This document shows positions 58,133 to 64,000 of a DNA stretch of 64,000 bases, in pieces. Position 1 is the stretch's first letter; every line of letters begins with the position of its first letter. Origin of the DNA: Polyangiaceae bacterium (GTDB lineage Bacteria; Myxococcota_A; Polyangia; Polyangiales; Polyangiaceae). The position numbers were made by a program, and so were the translations under genes. The notes below the pieces were generated by a model. It ran no database searches and was not told the origin of the DNA. It saw nothing but the letters and a program-made list of their open reading frames with translations. Location of the stretch: positions 192,001-256,000 of the forward strand of contig CBDCTZ010000009.1 of the NCBI GenBank assembly GCA_965222375.1, given 5' to 3'.

Positions 58133-61054
58133 ATGTCCCGACCCAAAACCCGAGAGATTGCCGTCGAGGCGTTCCGGCGCGGGCTGCTCTCCGCTGAGGA
58201 GATGTGGGAGATCGCGAACAAGTCTCGGGGACGCTCGGTGGAAGATGTGCTGCGCGAGGTGTTGCCAGAGGAGCGCGTCGTGCGGATCACCGCCAGCGAC
58301 GAAGCGCGAGCTGGCGTCACGCTGCCGGCGTTTCCGACGGCGAAGCCCGCCACTCCCGCCATACAGTCCGCAACACCCGTCGCGGAAGCCGGGACGCCGG
58401 CCCCGGATACCGCCACTCCGGTACCACAGCGCCATCGCGTCGCCGAAGAGCTGCCCGCTTCGGAGCGGTCGACTCGGCGAGCGAAGTCTCTGAAACAAGT
58501 TGGGGTCGACTTGATCGAACCGCCGCAGGCAGACATCCGCCATGCGCCGAGTTCGCCGACGCCGCGTCCTCTCAGCGCGCCGCTGACCATGCCGGGCCGT
58601 GCGGTGTCGGTATTCGTGGATGAAGCCTCGCCGGAAAGCCGAAATTTGGCCAAGGTGCCGGGTCGGCTCGAGGGGCCTCGCTACTCATTGGTGGAGGCCT
58701 TGGGTCGAGGAGGCATGGGCAAGGTCGTGGCCTGTCGGGATCGTGAAATCGGCCGCACCGTCGCGCTCAAGACATTGCAGGAGCAGAGCCTTGCCCAGGA
58801 CGGTGTGGTGCTGAGCTTTTTGCAGGAAGCGCGGATCACGGCTCAGTTGGAACACCCGAACATCGTGCCCGTCTACGACCTAGGTGCGCTGCCGGATGGG
58901 CAACCGTACTACACGATGCGAGTCGTCAAACGCCAGTCCCTCGGCGACGTGATCGACAAGCAAGAGCTTCGCAAGCAATGGCCCCTAGTGCGGTTGCTTG
59001 GTGCGTTTGTTCAACTATGCCGCGCCCTGTCCTATGCCCACTCACGCGGGGTGCTGCACGGAGACATCAAGCCCGACAACATCCTGTTGGGAGACTTCGG
59101 TGAGGTCTATCTGGCGGACTGGGGCCTGGCGAAGGTGGCTTTGGATAGCGAGGTGCGTTCGGATCTATCCGATAGCTCTCCGCCGCCGGGCTATACGTCG
59201 CCTTCGGGTGGAACCCCAGGGTACCTGGCGCCGGAAGTCGCGCTAGGACGTTGGGAGGATGTCGATCAGCGCAGCGATCTGTTTGCCCTGGGTGTGATCC
59301 TGTACGAGATTTTGACCGGCAGGCACCCCTTTGGCTTTCCAGAAGACTACCGGGCGCTGATCGCGTCCTATGAGCGCGAGCCGACGCCACCGCGACAGTT
59401 GGTAGCGTCTACGCCCCTGTTGTTAGAAGACTTGTGCCTGCAATTGCTGACCAAAGAGCCAGAAGAGCGCATTCAGTCAGCGGACGAAGTCGCCACGCGC
59501 GTGGAAGAATTCCTGGAGGGCGCCAAAGAGCGCGAGCGGCGCCGGGAAGAGGCCGCGCGCATGTGCCGTGAGGCGGAAGCTCCGGTGGCTCGCTACGGGC
59601 AGTTGTTGGAGGAGCAGGAAGCGCTGGCTCGCCGATCCCGCGGGGCCGCGGAAGAGGTGCCAGCTTGGGCTTCCGTGGAGCAGAAGCGCATCGTTTGGCA
59701 GCTCGAGGACGAGCATGCCGCTGCGGAGCGGGATAGTGCGCTGGCCTTGGCCGAGGCCATCGAGCTGTACACGAAGGCCTTGGGCTACGATGCGGATTTC
59801 CCGGAGGCCCACAACGGCTTGGCCAGCCTGTACTGGTCCCGCGCCCGGGAAGCGGACGCTCAGGGTCGTGATGCCACTCGGATCTACTACGAGGCCCGGG
59901 TGCTGGAGCACGACAACGGCACCTACGCCGCGTTGCTGCGCGCCGAGGGCAGCCTGAGCATGGAGTCGGATCCACCGGGTGCGCGAGTCTTCGTGCAGCG
60001 CTGCGAAGAGACGGATCGCGCCCTGGTGCCTGGTGCGGAGCGCAACCTGGGGCGAACGCCGTTCTCCGAACTAGGCCTGGAGCCCGGGCGCTATCTCGTG
60101 TCGGTTAAAGCGCCCGGCTTCCGCTTGGCGCACTACCCGGTTCTTCTCGGGCGCAAAGATCGGCATGAAGGTAGCGTGCGCCTGTACCAGGATGAAGAGA
60201 TCGGAGACGACTTCATCTACGTACCCGGTGGACAGTTCATACTGGGCGGAGATGATCTAGCCTACGGCGCGATTCCGCGGGAAGTTGTGCACGTGCCGGA
60301 TTTCGCCATCGCCAGGCTACCCGTGACCATGGCGGAGTATTGCGAGTTTTTGGATGAGCTGAGTCAGCACGATGCCGCTGCCGCCCAGCGCCGGGCTCCT
60401 CACGACTTCAAGGGGTCCGAAGGTTATTGGGTCGAGCGCCGGGAAGGAAAATGGCAGCCCCTCGATCACATTATCGAAGGCGAAGCGCGAACGCTCTTCC
60501 CGCCCGACGAAGGGCACTTGTGGCAGGTCCCCGTATGCCTCGTGGATTGGTTCGACGCGCGCGCCTACTGTCGTTGGCTCTCCCAAAAGACCGGAGACAC
60601 GATTCGCCTGCCTAGCGAGGTGGAGTGGGAAAAGGCCGCCCGCGGCGTCGACGGCCGCGCCTACCCCTGGGGGGATCATTTCGATCCAACCTTCTGCCTG
60701 ATGCGACAATCCCGCTCCTTCCCCCAGCAGCCCGAGCCGGTGGGCACCTTTCCCGTGGACTGCTCGCCCTATGGTGTGCGGGACATGGCGGGGGGAATGC
60801 GCGAGTGGGTCGGAGATCTGTACGGGGAGAGGACCTGCGCGGAGTTGGACGAGCAACCCGAACCCGGGGCTGACGTGGATCGCGGTGAGTCGGGGTGGCG
60901 CATGGTGCGCAGTGGGTCTTGGGTCACCGACGGCAACTGGTGCCGCTCGGCTTCCCGGGGTGGGCTGTACGCGGCGACACGCGGAACCGGGCTGACGTTC
61001 CGAGTCGTGAAGGAACTCCGCAGCCGTCGAAAAAGCGAGCCTCGAGCCCGCTAG
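58133..61054 (+). CDS. Ser/Thr kinase - PEGA - FGE-sulfatase domain fusion protein
   Basis: [61 protein letters not shown]. Confidence 0.92.
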   Translation: MSRPKTREIAVEAFRRGLLSAEEMWEIANKSRGRSVEDVLREVLPEERVVRITASDEARAGVTLPAFPTAKPATPAIQSATPVAEAGTPAPDTATPVPQRHRVAEELPASERSTRRAKSLKQVGVDLIEPPQADIRHAPSSPTPRPLSAPLTMPGRAVSVFVDEASPESRNLAKVPGRLEGPRYSLVEALGRGGMGKVVACRDREIGRTVALKTLQEQSLAQDGVVLSFLQEARITAQLEHPNIVPVYDLGALPDGQPYYTMRVVKRQSLGDVIDKQELRKQWPLVRLLGAFVQLCRALSYAHSRGVLHGDIKPDNILLGDFGEVYLADWGLAKVALDSEVRSDLSDSSPPPGYTSPSGGTPGYLAPEVALGRWEDVDQRSDLFALGVILYEILTGRHPFGFPEDYRALIASYEREPTPPRQLVASTPLLLEDLCLQLLTKEPEERIQSADEVATRVEEFLEGAKERERRREEAARMCREAEAPVARYGQLLEEQEALARRSRGAAEEVPAWASVEQKRIVWQLEDEHAAAERDSALALAEAIELYTKALGYDADFPEAHNGLASLYWSRAREADAQGRDATRIYYEARVLEHDNGTYAALLRAEGSLSMESDPPGARVFVQRCEETDRALVPGAERNLGRTPFSELGLEPGRYLVSVKAPGFRLAHYPVLLGRKDRHEGSVRLYQDEEIGDDFIYVPGGQFILGGDDLAYGAIPREVVHVPDFAIARLPVTMAEYCEFLDELSQHDAAAAQRRAPHDFKGSEGYWVERREGKWQPLDHIIEGEARTLFPPDEGHLWQVPVCLVDWFDARAYCRWLSQKTGDTIRLPSEVEWEKAARGVDGRAYPWGDHFDPTFCLMRQSRSFPQQPEPVGTFPVDCSPYGVRDMAGGMREWVGDLYGERTCAELDEQPEPGADVDRGESGWRMVRSGSWVTDGNWCRSASRGGLYAATRGTGLTFRVVKELRSRRKSEPRAR

Positions 61055-61209
61055 CCCACCCCGAGCCCGACAAGAGCGCACTCTTTTGGCGTCTCGGCAC
61101 CTGCGTCAAGCCCTGTTGTTCAGTGGCGGATTGCGAGACCTGCAGGGCATTCAATACTGCGCTCGTTGGAACCCTGGGCTTCTGTAAAGCAGGCTCGGCG
61201 CAGGAACAA

Positions 61210-62139
61210 TCAGGGCCTCGAAGCCGGTTTTGCTTTGGGGCCCTGGCTTTTTCGTACCTGACGCTGTAGCCGTTTTGCGGCGATCTTCTGCGCCGTGGGG
61301 CTCTGGTCGATGCCGGTCCAGACACGGCCCAGGTTCTGTGCAGCAACCAGAGTCGTTCCGGAACCGCACATCGGATCGAGCACCTCGCTCTCGGGCATGG
61401 TACTCGCTCGGATGATGCGCTCGAGCAGGCGCTCGGGTTTTTGGGTCGGGTAGCCCGTGGTTTCTGGATTCAAGGGCGTGTTGGCGCGCATCCCAGGGCA
61501 GTCGCTCCATACGCTCCCAATGCGTCGTCCCACGTCCGCATAGTAGCGATACGTCTTCTTTCCGATGGTTCGCTCGCGGTAGCGTCGCCCGTCGTCATCA
61601 ACTTGGGTGAAGTGCATGCTCAGACTGGTGTCCGCGTAGGGTTCGCGCAGCGCCTGGTCTTCGCTATTCCAGATCAGTCGCTTCGGTGCGTAGACCAGTA
61701 TGGTCTGGTGGGTCACGCTCGGTCCTTTGCGAGAGCGCGCGCCATTGCCGGGCACCCACACGATTTCCCCGCGAAACGCCCGCCGACCCAACACCCGGTC
61801 CAGCAGCACTTTTGTGTCGTGCACGGCGCGGTAGTCCAGGTGTACCCACAGGCTGCCCTGGGGCGAAAGCACTCGGGCCATGGCCTCGAGCCGCGGCGAG
61901 AGCATGCTCAAGAAACCATCCAGTCCGCCCCAGGCATCCCGATAGGCAAGGCGACCCTCGGAGCGCGCGCCCACCTTCTCACGTGCGCCTCGGCTGCCCC
62001 CGGCGTTGAAGGGTGGGTCGACGTAGATCAGATCGAAACGCCAACCGCCTTGCTCCAGTTCCGGAAGTCGCTCGAGGCAGTCCCCAGAAAGAAGCTGCCC
62101 GGCGCCGATGGCAGTCGTTCTAGGAAGGTTTCGGGCCAT
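61210..62139 (-). CDS. Orphan N6/N4 DNA methyltransferase (beta-type order)
   Basis: DLIYVDPPF (motif IV) precedes YPTQKPE and VLDPMCGSGTT (motif I). Confidence 0.9.
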   Translation of the reverse strand: MARNLPRTTAIGAGQLLSGDCLERLPELEQGGWRFDLIYVDPPFNAGGSRGAREKVGARSEGRLAYRDAWGGLDGFLSMLSPRLEAMARVLSPQGSLWVHLDYRAVHDTKVLLDRVLGRRAFRGEIVWVPGNGARSRKGPSVTHQTILVYAPKRLIWNSEDQALREPYADTSLSMHFTQVDDDGRRYRERTIGKKTYRYYADVGRRIGSVWSDCPGMRANTPLNPETTGYPTQKPERLLERIIRASTMPESEVLDPMCGSGTTLVAAQNLGRVWTGIDQSPTAQKIAAKRLQRQVRKSQGPKAKPASRP

Positions 62140-62968
62140 GGCTGAGCTCGATGAAGGGGTCGTCCTTGCCGAGTTCGCGAACTTCTGCGGCGTTGAGCCA
62201 AAAGGGCATCTGCACCAGCGGCAGCCACGGCCAGTAGGGGCCGCCCCCTTCGCAGCCCTGCAACATCTCGGCGGGCAGGCAGGCGATACGCAGATGGAAG
62301 TGGTCGTCGTGGGGCGAGCTGTCGCCGGGCTGCAGCAGCACGGTTTCTGCATGCCAAACCAGCTCCAGGTCTTCCCCCCGCGCGAGGGCGTAGTCGATCA
62401 AAAGGGCTTCGACTCCGCGGCTGACGAACAACCACTGCACTCCGATGTGTTTACTCAGCAGCAAGTTCTTAACCAGCAGCCAAGTCCGCTCCACGTCGAG
62501 GCGTATGAAACGCTCATCCTCTCCGATCTTGACCCGACCGAGGCCGTCGGTTCCCAGGCGCACGAAGCCTGGACTGCGAATGGGCGCGCCTTCCGGGGTG
62601 GTCACGTAGAAGAGCAGATCCGCATCGCGACCCGTGCGGTGCGAGCGGTGGCCGGGGATCTTTCCGCCATAGCGCGCGGAAATGTCGCCCACGAGCAAGG
62701 GAGCGCCACCGGGGCGCTGGCGATCTACTTGTGCGGCCACGCTGGTCAGCGCGCGAATCAGGCGCGGGTTGCCCCAGTAGTTTGGGCTCCGGGGACGATA
62801 GCGCCGAAACCCCGTGCCGCGCCGGGGTAGCTCCTCGCCATTGGTCAGCACGCCTGCGTGGGGTACACCGATGGACCCGCTGAGGGAAGGCGCCAACGGC
62901 GAGGGCGTGCCGATGCAGCCAACACACGACGCCAGCGCCAGCAGGCTCGCCGCAATGAGTCCTTTCAT
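62120..62968 (-). CDS. mepA: Penicillin-insensitive murein endopeptidase
   Basis: VGDIS..GG, HRSHRTGRDAD, HDDHFHLRI.C. Confidence 0.85.
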   Translation of the reverse strand: MKGLIAASLLALASCVGCIGTPSPLAPSLSGSIGVPHAGVLTNGEELPRRGTGFRRYRPRSPNYWGNPRLIRALTSVAAQVDRQRPGGAPLLVGDISARYGGKIPGHRSHRTGRDADLLFYVTTPEGAPIRSPGFVRLGTDGLGRVKIGEDERFIRLDVERTWLLVKNLLLSKHIGVQWLFVSRGVEALLIDYALARGEDLELVWHAETVLLQPGDSSPHDDHFHLRIACLPAEMLQGCEGGGPYWPWLPLVQMPFWLNAAEVRELGKDDPFIELSHGPKPS

Positions 62969-64000
62969 GATGGATCTCCCAGGTAGCCCGCGACTCGCCC
63001 CTCGATGGCGCGGACCGCACCCTGGCTCTGAAACGACTCCGCGAGGTGCAGCTTGCCATCTTCCCGGGCTAAGTACCCCTGCTCCAAGAAAGACAGAATC
63101 GCGTTTTCGAGGATGGGACGGGACACGGCTTCTCGCCGAGACAGCTCGCCTGCGAAAAACATTCGGTTGCCCATGCTGAGTGCCTTCTTCGTGAGGTCCT
63201 TTTGCGACAGGCGCCCTTTGAGCAGGAGCGTGAGAGCGCGCGCCGCGACCCGATAGCCTTCCAGGAAGTTCACGATGATCGACGCGTACAGCTCCAGCCA
63301 TTCGGCGGCGGGGATGCCGTCGTGGCCCGGGCCCGTATCGATACGCCCGTCATCGCTGCGCCGCAGCACGCCCGCGTCCATCAAAGCTCCCAGGGTGGTG
63401 TCGAAAATGACGTCGAAGGATGCATCGGCGTGAAAGCGAAACTCCAGCTTGAATAGACGCGATAGGCGTTGCACACGCTCCCGCAGTACGGATTCTTCCA
63501 CCGGTGGCCCAGGATCGACGGAGAGCGCGGTCGCCACCAGGGCGCGCTCCACGAAGAAGTGGATCACGGAATTCTTGGAAGCATCCAATACCAAGCGCTT
63601 GTTTTCCACTGGCGTGACGATGCTGTCCCGCTCGACGGGTATGCGGCTTCGGGAGCGCTTCTTCTCGCCCTCGGCGAGTTGTGCCGCGTGCACTTCGACA
63701 AGTTCAGCATCCCGAAACATCTCCACGGCTTCGCGAATGGCATCCGGGCGCAGGCTGCCCGAAGACGTGGCGGCAGATGGTGTGACCCGGGCTCCCAAAC
63801 GCTGCAGCACTCCCAAGAGCTGGCCGCAGCGAGCGACGAGTTCTTCCATGCTCAGTCCGCGCCGCTCGCTGGAAAGCAACGCCAGTGCCGTCAGGGAGCC
63901 AGGAGTAATTGCTGTCACCTTGTTGATTTCGTCCATCACCCGATTGCCCAGACGGGTGATCACCGCCCGGCGCCGGGCAGGACGCAGTTTTTCCCCAGCG
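62965..64000 (-). CDS. plsB: Glycerol-3-phosphate acyltransferase PlsB-like, C-terminal part (partial)
   Basis: LGNRVM.EINKVTA.TP.SL.ALALL, LSRLFK.EF, EAVS...ENA resemble the GPAT C-terminal region; start lies beyond the window. Confidence 0.7.
   Translation of the reverse strand, partial: AGEKLRPARRRAVITRLGNRVMDEINKVTAITPGSLTALALLSSERRGLSMEELVARCGQLLGVLQRLGARVTPSAATSSGSLRPDAIREAVEMFRDAELVEVHAAQLAEGEKKRSRSRIPVERDSIVTPVENKRLVLDASKNSVIHFFVERALVATALSVDPGPPVEESVLRERVQRLSRLFKLEFRFHADASFDVIFDTTLGALMDAGVLRRSDDGRIDTGPGHDGIPAAEWLELYASIIVNFLEGYRVAARALTLLLKGRLSQKDLTKKALSMGNRMFFAGELSRREAVSRPILENAILSFLEQGYLAREDGKLHLAESFQSQGAVRAIEGRVAGYLGDPS

Overview
GC-rich bacterial chromosome segment. The gene repertoire (an MglA-family GTPase, Ser/Thr kinases, PEGA/TPR and Gly/Cys-rich lipoproteins, FGE-sulfatase proteins, a DUF1501/DUF1588-type pair) points to Myxococcota, probably Polyangiales; this is an inference. 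Most of the window (10.8-64 kb) is housekeeping or typical myxobacterial accessory content: etfBA, nadB, typA, hflX, thrB, argH, thiL, nrdJ with tandem NrdR-like boxes, ggt, speE-like, scoAB, mepA and plsB. The first ~10.8 kb is a plastic region around tRNA-Pro(CGG). It holds a probable integrase remnant at the tRNA 3' end and the 5' half of a group II intron whose RT N-terminus is fused in frame to an IS4-family transposase fragment. The most interesting feature is an HNH endonuclease gene (8405-10012) enclosed by two ~123-bp inverted repeats, about 89% identical by hand alignment, each predicted to fold into a nested hairpin. One repeat begins at the gene's stop codon, so the unit may be an undescribed HNH-associated mobile, REP-like or ncRNA system. 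Smaller points: an exported tandem Tudor/chromo-barrel lipoprotein, an MglA paralog coupled to a PocR-type kinase instead of MglB, a 7-nt duplication frameshifting a nucleotidyltransferase, and two +1 frameshifts in scoA. All calls come from motif recognition by eye; no searches were run.
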